A stretch of DNA of 64,000 bases from a virus. The notes beneath the pieces are model-generated. The model was not told the origin of the DNA. It ran no database searches and worked only from the letters and a program-made list of their open reading frames with translations. The DNA lies in the IMG/VR virus record IMGVR_UViG_3300040758_000214, positions 32,001-96,000 of that record; one strand, written 5' to 3'. Made by a program: the position numbers and the translations under genes. This document shows, in pieces, positions 49,937-59,918 of this stretch; the first letter of the stretch is position 1; each line of letters opens with the position of its first letter.

Positions 49937-50259
49937 ACAAGTCCTTTCAATCCATATAAAATTTCAAAATTCCAATCTTTGTATTTATTAATTATACCTG
50001 TAAATTCTTCTTCTGATATATCAATAAACTTACTTTTATCATCAAAACACCAATCTATAGTAGGGTCTTCGCATATAGTCTCATATACTTGAAAATTTGA
50101 ATTTTCATTATTACTATCATCATGGGCTGAATCATAAAAATTACCAGTCAAAATTATTCTTTTATTAGTATTATTAATAATATTAGTATCAGTTATAACT
50201 ATTACATTTCCATGATATTTAATATTATTTTTTAATGCAGTTGCAATTATTTCACTCAT
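49933..50259 (-). CDS. hypothetical protein
   Basis: ORF track. Confidence 0.55.
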   Translation of the reverse strand: MSEIIATALKNNIKYHGNVIVITDTNIINNTNKRIILTGNFYDSAHDDSNNENSNFQVYETICEDPTIDWCFDDKSKFIDISEEEFTGIINKYKDWNFEILYGLKGLV

Positions 50260-50546
50260 AATTTATCTCCATTGTAGGATCTTTTAATATAATAAGTTCC
50301 AAAAGGTGATATTTTATATTCTTCTCTAAATTTTGGTAACTCCCAATGAGATAATCTATGAACTTGCAGAATAAGTTTATTTTTAGATTCTTCTTTTGCA
50401 ACCAGAACACAGATTAAATAATCACCAGTTTTAACTTTATTATTATATAAACTTATTCCATGAAATTTATCTACATTATTAATATTAACATCCGGTTCAT
50501 CATATAAACATGGATCACTAATGTCATTAATCTTTCTATTTTTCAT
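50256..50546 (-). CDS. hypothetical protein
   Basis: ORF with RBS. Confidence 0.55.
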   Translation of the reverse strand: MKNRKINDISDPCLYDEPDVNINNVDKFHGISLYNNKVKTGDYLICVLVAKEESKNKLILQVHRLSHWELPKFREEYKISPFGTYYIKRSYNGDKL

Positions 50547-50761
50547 CTATTCTCCTTTTTTATTTATAATAGTTTCCATAATATAAACATACGAATATTA
50601 TTATTCCTTTTATTAATTGACCTAAAATTGCACCAAATTGATTTTCTGGTTTATTATGATATTCATTATGTTTATCCTTAATTATTGAATAAATCCCCCC
50701 CTATTAATAACCATATTAAGTAACATGTAAGAATAATTCTAAAATTAATCATATATACTCC

Positions 50762-51742
50762 TTATTTTCCAAATCCTAATTTAGATCCATCATATGAATT
50801 TGGTATAGATTTCATCTTTTTCAATCTTTCAATAGTTTCATCATATTCTCTACCTAGACAAAATATTGCAATGACTAATTCTTTTAAATGGGCTACAGAT
50901 AAATCATGTGTATCTATAACCCATTTTTCAAGATCTTCATCATTCATTTCATCTTGAGATACTCTTGTTCTTAAATAAAATCTTCTTGCTTCAATTGAAG
51001 GCATCCCAATTTTGATAACTTCATCAAAGCGACTGGGCCGATTTACTATCCTAGAATCCAATCGTTCAGGGTAGTTCGTTGTCGCAAGATGAACTACATT
51101 ATTAATTTGATTTTCTCCATCTAATAACGATAAAATTCCCGATTCACCATAATTATTGATTAATTCATCAATATCTTCCTCAACAACGATCAAAGGTCGA
51201 CTTGGCTCTATCAATCTGATAATTCTGAGAGCTTCAGATGCAATATTTGGATTCTTACAAATTAAAACAATTCCTCCTCGTTTAATTATATTTTCGATTA
51301 AAAGCATCACAGTAACTGTCTTTCCGCTGCCCGGCGGCCCCCACAAAATTATCCCTCTTTTGTGTAATTGTTTTCTAGAAATAAATTTATCCCTAGCCGA
51401 CCAGAATATATCAATCGAATTTAATACTTTTGCACTAGCAGAGTCAGGAAGTCTTAATAATTCATCAGTAACCATTACAACTTTTTGAAGGTGAACTCTT
51501 CCATAATCATCTATGGCGGCACTATATGATCCAACTGGCAAATTATTAATTGTTCTCTGTGATGAAATATAAGTATCTCCAGCACTTATTAACCATTGAG
51601 AAAATCCTCCATCATTATGAGGGACTTTACCACATTTAAGAATAGATGAGCCAGCCTCAGTTTCAGGTCCATCACAATTAGAATCATCTTTTTTTATTTC
51701 AGAACCAATTTTTTCTATGAACTCATTTAGATCATCACTCAT
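50762..51742 (-). CDS. AAA+ ATPase (single module)
   Basis: GPPGSGKT, VVEEDID, ATTNYPE.LD, RPSRFD. Confidence 0.9.
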   Translation of the reverse strand: MSDDLNEFIEKIGSEIKKDDSNCDGPETEAGSSILKCGKVPHNDGGFSQWLISAGDTYISSQRTINNLPVGSYSAAIDDYGRVHLQKVVMVTDELLRLPDSASAKVLNSIDIFWSARDKFISRKQLHKRGIILWGPPGSGKTVTVMLLIENIIKRGGIVLICKNPNIASEALRIIRLIEPSRPLIVVEEDIDELINNYGESGILSLLDGENQINNVVHLATTNYPERLDSRIVNRPSRFDEVIKIGMPSIEARRFYLRTRVSQDEMNDEDLEKWVIDTHDLSVAHLKELVIAIFCLGREYDETIERLKKMKSIPNSYDGSKLGFGK

Positions 51743-51774
51743 TATTTATATCCTTTTTTTTGTTTAATTTTCAA

Positions 51775-52746
51775 TTACAATAACATCCAAACAACAACTA
51801 TTGCTGCGGCAATACCAACTCCTACTCCAATATTTCTTAACAAATGACTTTCAGGTTTTGGTGTAGCCATTGGATCCATCTGAGTAGGAGGATTGGGTTG
51901 ATTATTATTTGCATCTTCTACTGCTTTGGATGATAATGCAACATCTTTCATTGTTGGAGGAATATAATTAGGATCTTTTGGTTGACCACTCAATCCATTC
52001 GCTTGATTATCCATTTGATTCAATTTAGCTTTTAATTCAGCATTATCCTGTGCAAGACGATTTGCTTCATTTCTCCATTGAATCATGTCTGGATCTTGTT
52101 GATGTGAATAATACATCATTGCATATTGACGATCATTAATGTGGTCTAACATGAACCATAATGCCATACCATCCCACATTCCAAAATACGGATATGTATT
52201 ATATGCATAATAAGGCGTTGCATAATGATATCCACCATAAAATGAATTTCTATGGACATAATAAGTTCCAGGTGTTACATGATAAACATTTACAACTCTA
52301 TATGCAGTTTGTCTTGAAGAATTTGAATAATGATAATTAGAAGGTGGAGTTTTAAATTTACTTTGTTCTGCTTTATATGATGATAAAGCTTTTGATGATT
52401 CTGCTTTACTCACTCCAGTATTCATTCTTGATTGCATTGCAGTCTTTGGTACATTTGATGTTGGTTTAATTGCTGCTTTTGCTCCACCTGAATTTCCATA
52501 CCCGGAAGGTTTGGAAGTTTGAACTGCAGATGGTTTAAATGCACTATTTGAATATGACCTTGATGGAGACGTTGGAGCAGAATATGAACGACTTGGACTG
52601 CTATTTGAATATGACCTGGATGAATATGAACTTCCTCTAGAATAAGATCTCCCGCCTCCTCCGCCACCAGAAAAACCTTTAGCGAAGGATAAATCCGAAA
52701 TTGTTAAAGTTAATAAAATGGTTAAAAGTATACTAATGCGTTTCAT
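51775..52746 (-). CDS. Gly/Ser/Tyr-rich exported protein with C-terminal TM anchor
   Basis: Signal peptide then KGFSGGGGGGRSYSRGSS; Tyr-rich middle; C-terminal hydrophobic helix. Confidence 0.7.
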   Translation of the reverse strand: MKRISILLTILLTLTISDLSFAKGFSGGGGGGRSYSRGSSYSSRSYSNSSPSRSYSAPTSPSRSYSNSAFKPSAVQTSKPSGYGNSGGAKAAIKPTSNVPKTAMQSRMNTGVSKAESSKALSSYKAEQSKFKTPPSNYHYSNSSRQTAYRVVNVYHVTPGTYYVHRNSFYGGYHYATPYYAYNTYPYFGMWDGMALWFMLDHINDRQYAMMYYSHQQDPDMIQWRNEANRLAQDNAELKAKLNQMDNQANGLSGQPKDPNYIPPTMKDVALSSKAVEDANNNQPNPPTQMDPMATPKPESHLLRNIGVGVGIAAAIVVVWMLL

Positions 52747-52767
52747 TTGTTTCTCCTTGAATTTAAT

Positions 52768-55700
52768 TTATTTTTGTATTCCAATTACTGTAAGATAATT
52801 ATGTAAAAGTTTTACAGTTTCTGGACATCCATCTATGACTTTTGTTTCTTTATGATCAGAATCAATCATTTGTTTAATCCATTGGTTCTTCTTATCAATG
52901 CAATCAGACTTTGTAGTTAAGATCTCTCTTAAATTTTCGGTTGCATCTTGCGCTATTAAGCAGGCGAGTTCCATTTCGCCCGCGCGTTGGCCACCAGGAG
53001 GCTTTAAACCCTTATTTAAAATTCCTTTTCGTTTTGTATTTCCACCTCCAATTGGTTGTAGAGTCTTTTTCATATACAGACCAATTCCTCTTGCAGTCAT
53101 TTTGCTTTCAGCAATATGAAGCATACGAAAAAAGTACATCCAACCACATGCAATCATATTCTCAGTAAAACAATCAAATTCAGGGAGATAAACTTTTTGC
53201 TCATATTTACTTCCAGTGAATTCCATTGCAATTTTAAGCATTTCTTTAGTACATGATTCAAATGGGGGTTGAATTATTGTTAACTCTTCAATAAATTCTT
53301 TAGTTACAATTAAGGGGACTCTTTCTATAAATTGACTAGAATACCACTTTCCTTTTGTATTATCTATCATGGAAATAAATGTAATTAAATAACTCTTTAT
53401 ATCATCTTGAGATTTATCAGAATCTATCATTTGAATTAATTGCTTCTTTAAATTTTCTAAGGCTAATCCTAAATGTAATTCAAATATTTGTCCGATATTC
53501 ATTCTAGATGGCACACCTAGAGCATTTATACAAATATCAACATGTCTTCCATCTTCTAATCTTGGCATTTTATCATGTGGAACAATTCTTGAAATTACTC
53601 CTTTATTTCCATGACGATTTCCTATTTTATCTCCTACTGCAATACTTCTTGTATATACTCCATACATTTCTACATACATTCCATTAATTTTCTCATTTTT
53701 ACTTTTATATTTTCCGGTATGAGAAAATTTATCTAAATCATGATCTCTTATAAATTGTAAAGCTTCATCCTTTGGTAATGAATCATAAATAGGTTTTTGT
53801 AATTCTTTTTCATATTCAATTTGACTTTGAATTTTCTTTTCAACCCAATCATTAAATTCTGGTATTTCTTTATTCCATTCATTTGCATAAATATTAACTT
53901 CATTTACACCAACGACTTGTTTCTTAATTGTTAATGGAATAGCTTCTTCAAAGATTGATGAAAAGTCCATTGGTCCACTTGGTATTTCTTTTAAAATTGC
54001 ATAAGGAGTTCCTGCTTTAAGAACTTCAAAATTTAAAGGAGATTTACTTTTTGTTGCTTTTGGATTTGGTAAAGGTTTATAAATCTTTTTCTTTGTTCTC
54101 CTTTCTTCTTCTAATTCATCTTTAGTTCTATAAGGAAGATTAAATAAAACTTTACTCGGTGATAATGTAAATGATAAATCTATAAAATGAATAGAAGTAA
54201 AGACGTCTTTTCCATTTATTAATCTATCAGATATTAAAATTCCATCTTCAAAATTATATCCATCATATGATGTAACTGCAGTTAATAAATTTTTACCAAT
54301 ATTTATTTTACCATTTTTACAAAAACTAGATTCAATTAAAATATCTCCGGCTTTAAATTTATCTCCAACTTTAAAATAAATTGAATCAATTAAATCTAAA
54401 TTTTCAACATATATTTTTCTATAAAAAGTATCAAAAATATCTACGGTTTTATCATCATATACTACAATCATATGATTAGAATCTAAAAATATTACTTCTC
54501 CATTTTGTTTAGCTCTTCTTACAAATTGAGTTTGATCTGTATATAATCCTTCACATCCACTTTGAATCATTGGAATATCAAAATCTGTAAGACAAATTGA
54601 TTGCCTCATTTGAGAAGATGCCATTTGTAATCTTGTTTGGTCATCATGTTCTAAAAATGGAACTAATGATACAGGAATTGAAATAGGTTGTAATTCTAAA
54701 TATTCATCTGTAAATTTTAAATTTGAGTCAAGAATAGTATTTGGAATTAAATTTTGTAATACTCCACAATTTTCTCTATCTGGAGTATCTACAGGACATA
54801 CTCTACCAAACATAGAAGGGGTAATATCTCTTAAATGTTTAGGTACATTTTCTCTATCAAATCCTCCCGGTCCAACTAAACTTGTTCTTGATAATTTTGT
54901 TAATTCATCAATAGGATTAATTGAAAAGTCAAATTGGACTATATCAGACACATTACAATCTGATAATATCTGAGTTGAATTAATATTAAATTTAGGAGAT
55001 TTGGCAGTTCTATTTGACATACAAAAATCAAATATCGTTTTAGAAACCTTAGCTAAAACGATATATTCAAAACATCTAATTCTTTTATTAATATAATTTG
55101 TATCATCTATTTTTTCAGATTGTATTACATCAATCAATTCTTCTAAAATAGATTGAGTTCTAAAGAATTTAGAAGACATAATATCACACTTTAATATAAT
55201 ATCTAAAGCATATATCATATCTTGACCTTTTTGTGTTGGATCATATTTAGAACTAAATTTTCCTAGTTCTTTAATAAAATCATCTTGTGAATAATCTTCT
55301 GATGTATCATAATATCCTTTTAAATCATAAACTAATTTTTCAATCAATGTGTTTGGTGATTCATATTCCATATCTTTTAAACCAAATTTTTGATCTAAAT
55401 AATCTAATCCATAATATGATAATAATAGAAGAGAAAGAGGAACTATTTTATTTAAAAAACTCACTCTAATAAAAGGTTCCTCTTTAAATTCAATCACTGT
55501 AAGAGTTGCACAATTAGTTCTAATCTTAATTGTTTTTCCCCTTGTTACAACAGGAATATCAAACAATTGAAATAATGGAATCTTTCTCTTTCCATTAATA
55601 TAAAAGTAATTCCCATCTATTAATTTTGGAATAGACATTGATAAATTTATTTCTGCAGTAAGTTTTTTAAATTTAATAACAATATTCTTTTTTAATGTCC

Positions 55701-55890
55701 TATCCAATTCTCCTTCCATTGAAAATCTATGATCCCTTATCCCAAAATCAACAATTTCAAAACCAAGTTCTTCAGCTGGAACTAATATTTGTCTAATCTT
55801 ATTTTCTAAATCCTGATATTCATCTTTTCTAATTGTAAATATATTTTTGTTTAAATTGTGCAATTTGTAAAAAGGATTTATTAAGTCCAT
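52768..55890 (-). CDS. rpoB: phage multisubunit RNA polymerase beta subunit
   Basis: FYINGK, GRVCPVDTPD..NCG, PFLEHDD..R, QMRQ, GYNFEDG, GDKIGNRHGNKGV, SRMNIGQ, GGQRAGEME. Confidence 0.95.
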   Translation of the reverse strand: MDLINPFYKLHNLNKNIFTIRKDEYQDLENKIRQILVPAEELGFEIVDFGIRDHRFSMEGELDRTLKKNIVIKFKKLTAEINLSMSIPKLIDGNYFYINGKRKIPLFQLFDIPVVTRGKTIKIRTNCATLTVIEFKEEPFIRVSFLNKIVPLSLLLLSYYGLDYLDQKFGLKDMEYESPNTLIEKLVYDLKGYYDTSEDYSQDDFIKELGKFSSKYDPTQKGQDMIYALDIILKCDIMSSKFFRTQSILEELIDVIQSEKIDDTNYINKRIRCFEYIVLAKVSKTIFDFCMSNRTAKSPKFNINSTQILSDCNVSDIVQFDFSINPIDELTKLSRTSLVGPGGFDRENVPKHLRDITPSMFGRVCPVDTPDRENCGVLQNLIPNTILDSNLKFTDEYLELQPISIPVSLVPFLEHDDQTRLQMASSQMRQSICLTDFDIPMIQSGCEGLYTDQTQFVRRAKQNGEVIFLDSNHMIVVYDDKTVDIFDTFYRKIYVENLDLIDSIYFKVGDKFKAGDILIESSFCKNGKINIGKNLLTAVTSYDGYNFEDGILISDRLINGKDVFTSIHFIDLSFTLSPSKVLFNLPYRTKDELEEERRTKKKIYKPLPNPKATKSKSPLNFEVLKAGTPYAILKEIPSGPMDFSSIFEEAIPLTIKKQVVGVNEVNIYANEWNKEIPEFNDWVEKKIQSQIEYEKELQKPIYDSLPKDEALQFIRDHDLDKFSHTGKYKSKNEKINGMYVEMYGVYTRSIAVGDKIGNRHGNKGVISRIVPHDKMPRLEDGRHVDICINALGVPSRMNIGQIFELHLGLALENLKKQLIQMIDSDKSQDDIKSYLITFISMIDNTKGKWYSSQFIERVPLIVTKEFIEELTIIQPPFESCTKEMLKIAMEFTGSKYEQKVYLPEFDCFTENMIACGWMYFFRMLHIAESKMTARGIGLYMKKTLQPIGGGNTKRKGILNKGLKPPGGQRAGEMELACLIAQDATENLREILTTKSDCIDKKNQWIKQMIDSDHKETKVIDGCPETVKLLHNYLTVIGIQK

Positions 55891-55938
55891 TCATGTCTCC
55901 TTTTGGTTTAGTTAAAGTATGGATTGTATGATTTTCAA

Positions 55939-56280
55939 TTAAATATGACGTTGTGAATAATTGTTACAATAAACCATTATTGCCTCATATAATGCTAATT
56001 TAAAATCTCTATTAGAAGTAGTAACAATCAATGTATGTTCTTTAGTATAATATAACTTAACATCAGTTATTTTATTTCCACAACAACAAATATTCTCACT
56101 AAAATTTATAGATAATCCGATTGAATTGATTCTTTGTATAGTGCTTTCAACTAAGATTGAGCTTCCTAAATAATTTGGAAGATATCCAAAGTTTCCCCAA
56201 GGATCACACCATCTATTTGCAGAATCCTTTATCATTCCAAAAACTTTTTCAGCAATTTCTTCATTTGTAATTTTATTCAT
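55939..56280 (-). CDS. hypothetical protein (phage ABA-sandwich-like, tentative)
   Basis: EIAEKVFG...LPNY; inserted between beta' and beta. Confidence 0.5.
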   Translation of the reverse strand: MNKITNEEIAEKVFGMIKDSANRWCDPWGNFGYLPNYLGSSILVESTIQRINSIGLSINFSENICCCGNKITDVKLYYTKEHTLIVTTSNRDFKLALYEAIMVYCNNYSQRHI

Positions 56281-58980
56281 TTAAAACTCCCCTAATAATA
56301 TTTTGTCAAAAATTCCCTCATAGTTTCCAGAATTTAAAAGTCCCTTAATTATTGCAGATTTGGGATTCGAAAAAGCAATAGCAAGTAACCATGACTCATT
56401 TGTTGGAGCACTTTGGATTGAAAGGAACTTCGGTGTAACTTTATCTCTATTTTTCATTAATCTCCATTTATAATGTCCGACCCACATTAATTGCGATACA
56501 ATAGATTCAAAATGAACATGAAGTATTCCTTTGCTATTATTATAAACATCGAATAAATCAGAAACTAAATCTTCAGCAGTTTGGTCTTTTTTAAATTTAT
56601 GGAATAAATCAGACACAATTTTTAAATCACTAATTACATCTGATTGTTCCATATCAACAGATCCTTCTTTAATATTTGCTACACCTGATAAGTGGAAGGT
56701 ACGTAAGGTCAATTGTGTAGTGCACTCCCCCAAAGATTGCGCTCCAAGGATACCTATATACTTACTATCATTTAATTTATGAGTATTTCCATAACATGTT
56801 AGACAAATTTCTGGTGATGTGCAATATATTGGGCTTCTCACTTTTAACATTTGACCAACTAATTCTGAGCATTTATTTAATGTAATTAATTCTAATTTAT
56901 CATTATTTAAATAATATTTATTCACTAACATTTTTGCTTTATTTAAATTTTTAACATATACATTTAAATAATCTTTAGTTTCGCAATCCTTTAAATTTTT
57001 ATTTAATAAAAGATTAACTCCAGTGAATATTAATTTTCTTGATAAATATCCAGAAGTTCCAGTATTTAAAGCAACATCTAATAATCCTTTTCTACAACCA
57101 TAAGTTGAATTGAAGAATTCTTCTTCTGTTAATCCATCAAGTAAATTATTTTTAATTGCTTTAGGATATATTTCTCCATTAAAATTAGATACATATCCTC
57201 TGGTTAAAATCATTTGTTTTGCCTGATCCCAATTTCCACGAGCTCCTGAGTCAATTAAGTACGAATACTCAAAATTTTCTCTTAATGAATTTTCAATTTC
57301 AGGACTTGATAATTTATTAATTTGAGTCATTATATCATTAGACTCATAAATTGAATCTTTCAATTCTTGAACATTTGGAATTTCACAATGATTTAGAGAA
57401 ATAGTAGGAGCAAAAATTGTTGCATATTTGAATCCAACTTCTTTAATTTTATCTAGAGTTTGAACTGTTATATTTTCTGGCCAATTATTTTTAATACCAT
57501 TTAATATTTTTATCAGATTCTTTTTTATAACTATTTCATTTATTACCGGAAAATCTTCTGGCAAACATTCATTAAAGATTTTCATTCCTTCTGTAATTTC
57601 AATTCCTTTATATACAACTTTATTTAATAATGATGAAATTTTATTAGATGTAAGTGCATATAATCCCAATATTATATCTTGAGAAGGAACTGTAGCTAAA
57701 CTTTCATTTGCAGGACTTGTTAAATTTTTAGTAACTATTAATTTATCTAATGTTTCTTGTTTTGTCTTTTCTGTGATGGGAATATACACAGCCATCTGGT
57801 CTCCATCAAAATCTGCATTGAATCCTGAGCAAACTAATGGATGAATTTTAATAACATTATCTAATGAAGTTTTAATTTTAAATCCACAAATACTAAGTCT
57901 ATGAAGAGATGGTTGTCTATTTAACAAACATACTTCACCTTTAACAATTTCAGAGATATCATTGAATAAATCTGGTTTTTTCAATTCGATACAATTATCT
58001 ATAAAATCAATTGCATCATTTAATAATTTAAATTTACTATGTTCTATTAATCTTTTTGCTAATGGTAATTTGAATAACTCTAAAACCATAACATATGGAA
58101 GAACACATTCATCTAAATTTAATTTTGGATCAGGAATAATAACTGCTCTTCCTGAGAAATCAATTCTTTTACCTAATATATTTCCTCTTATTAATCCTTC
58201 TTTTTTACTAAGTTTTGTAACTATATGCGCATATAATTCATTTACATCTTTTTGTAATTGCCTAAAATATTGATAATAGAATTGTTTACTATGTTCTATA
58301 TCTACAATTGTATTTTGCATTGTTTCTTTTTTTGTTAAAATTTGCATATAATATCTATTTATTTCATCTACAATTTGATTATTCTTTTCAGATCCTTTTG
58401 CAGCTGGTCTTAAATCAGGTGGTAAAACTATAATATTTCTTATTAATAATGTATCAATATTATCTCTAATTAATTTCCATGCAGGAATATCATCTGCTAA
58501 TGCTATTGAAATTCCATTAACCATTTCATAAATTGCTTCAGTTCTTTCCCATATTCTACATCCTGCTTTTACATTTTCTAATTCCTTTACTACAACATAA
58601 TCATCTCCATCTTTATATAAAATACTTTTTTCATCTTTTAATAATAAGTCTATAGAATTCATTAAAGATGAGCCACCTAAAGTGGTAAGTAAATCATAAA
58701 ATACTGGATTCATAACTTTAATTGGAATTACAATTTTGGCAAATCTTCTTCTTCTTTCATAACTATTTACAATATCAACTTGACATACATTACATGCTCC
58801 ACCATCTGCTCTAGATATACCAAAGTAAGTTCCACACTGACAAGTATAGTTTCTTAATGGTCCAAAAATCTGTTCAGAAAATAAACCATTAGGATGATAA
58901 TTCTTTTTGTCCATCATTTTAATGGATGAAACTTCCTTTAAATTTTCACAGAAAGCATTGATGTTTAGAAGAGTTGGCAT
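56281..58980 (-). CDS. rpoC: phage multisubunit RNA polymerase beta' subunit
   Basis: GLFSEQIFGP, CQCG..CNVC, VLPPDLRP, GKRIDFSGR, NRQPSLH, catalytic NADFDGD, GYLSRKL, TQLTLRTFH. Confidence 0.97.
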   Translation of the reverse strand: MPTLLNINAFCENLKEVSSIKMMDKKNYHPNGLFSEQIFGPLRNYTCQCGTYFGISRADGGACNVCQVDIVNSYERRRRFAKIVIPIKVMNPVFYDLLTTLGGSSLMNSIDLLLKDEKSILYKDGDDYVVVKELENVKAGCRIWERTEAIYEMVNGISIALADDIPAWKLIRDNIDTLLIRNIIVLPPDLRPAAKGSEKNNQIVDEINRYYMQILTKKETMQNTIVDIEHSKQFYYQYFRQLQKDVNELYAHIVTKLSKKEGLIRGNILGKRIDFSGRAVIIPDPKLNLDECVLPYVMVLELFKLPLAKRLIEHSKFKLLNDAIDFIDNCIELKKPDLFNDISEIVKGEVCLLNRQPSLHRLSICGFKIKTSLDNVIKIHPLVCSGFNADFDGDQMAVYIPITEKTKQETLDKLIVTKNLTSPANESLATVPSQDIILGLYALTSNKISSLLNKVVYKGIEITEGMKIFNECLPEDFPVINEIVIKKNLIKILNGIKNNWPENITVQTLDKIKEVGFKYATIFAPTISLNHCEIPNVQELKDSIYESNDIMTQINKLSSPEIENSLRENFEYSYLIDSGARGNWDQAKQMILTRGYVSNFNGEIYPKAIKNNLLDGLTEEEFFNSTYGCRKGLLDVALNTGTSGYLSRKLIFTGVNLLLNKNLKDCETKDYLNVYVKNLNKAKMLVNKYYLNNDKLELITLNKCSELVGQMLKVRSPIYCTSPEICLTCYGNTHKLNDSKYIGILGAQSLGECTTQLTLRTFHLSGVANIKEGSVDMEQSDVISDLKIVSDLFHKFKKDQTAEDLVSDLFDVYNNSKGILHVHFESIVSQLMWVGHYKWRLMKNRDKVTPKFLSIQSAPTNESWLLAIAFSNPKSAIIKGLLNSGNYEGIFDKILLGEF

Positions 58981-59008
58981 CTCTTAGCTCCTTTATTTAA
59001 TTTTATTA

Positions 59009-59266
59009 TTAAAAATTTTCGATTATATATGTAGCTAATGCATTGAAGTGTTCTTTTACAATTTGTGCTGTGATTTTATGTATCTCGGGAATAATTTCTT
59101 GAACTATTTCTTTTACTTCATCTCTTGTTAAAATTTCTCCTTTTTCTTCAAGAGCTATATTTATTTTACTTTCAATTTCAGAATCTAATAATTCATAAAA
59201 TGAATTTTTTGATTCTATTAATCCTTTATTTTTTTTCATCAGAAACTCCTTTAACCTGCTTTTCAA
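59009..59266 (-). CDS. hypothetical protein (start uncertain)
   Basis: ORF track. Confidence 0.5.
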   Translation of the reverse strand: MKSRLKEFLMKKNKGLIESKNSFYELLDSEIESKINIALEEKGEILTRDEVKEIVQEIIPEIHKITAQIVKEHFNALATYIIENF

Positions 59267-59408
59267 TTAATTTTTTTGTACGAATCGAAAAAACATCTAC
59301 CATCATTCCGAAAGACTTATTCACAAACTTTTTTAAACTATCAGAAATATCATCAATTAATTCATGAGCTGTTGTTTCTAATTTACTTTTTTCTTTATTA
59401 TCAGGCAT
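59226..59408 (-). CDS. hypothetical protein
   Basis: ORF with RBS. Confidence 0.5.
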   Translation of the reverse strand: MPDNKEKSKLETTAHELIDDISDSLKKFVNKSFGMMVDVFSIRTKKLIEKQVKGVSDEKK

Positions 59409-59904
59409 ATATCAATTTCTCCTTTTCTACATCATTTTCATCATAACCATTTATGTTCCAAATAAATCTTTTATTATTTTTTTGTTTTTCTTTATGAATT
59501 CTAAAACTAAAATTTTTTGGATCTGATATATTAATAAATTCAAAACAATTCCAATATGATTTATAAAAGGTATTATAATTATAAGTTAAGAATTGATGTT
59601 CTATTATTTCTAAATCAGAATCTATTTCAAATAAATTTTGTTTAAAGAATTCTTGTATACAAAATATATTGGTAACTGGATTTTTATTTGGGTGAGGATT
59701 TTTAAACATTATAGATTCCAAATATCCATTTTTTAATTTTATCTCATATTTATTAATAATGAATTTATAAGGTATTTTTATTATTTCATATTTTTTTTCA
59801 TTCTTAATTAATATTTTAGGAATAATGAAACAATTAACTTTTATATGAATGATATTGATCTTATTTTCAACACTTGCTTTAATCAATTCTATTTTGTTTA
59901 GCAT
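59401..59904 (-). CDS. E2 (UBC)-like protein, prokaryotic type
   Basis: HPN-x8-C (PHPNKNPVTNIFCI), matching the E2 active-site layout; directly downstream of a ThiF-like gene. Confidence 0.5.
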   Translation of the reverse strand: MLNKIELIKASVENKINIIHIKVNCFIIPKILIKNEKKYEIIKIPYKFIINKYEIKLKNGYLESIMFKNPHPNKNPVTNIFCIQEFFKQNLFEIDSDLEIIEHQFLTYNYNTFYKSYWNCFEFINISDPKNFSFRIHKEKQKNNKRFIWNINGYDENDVEKEKLIYA

Positions 59905-59918
59905 AAGTATATGTCTCC

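Noticed and set aside
52768-58980. Host chromosomal rpoBC (bacterial contig or prophage flank)
   Set aside because: Reversed order, reduced size, no ribosomal protein genes, and continuous phage-like context.
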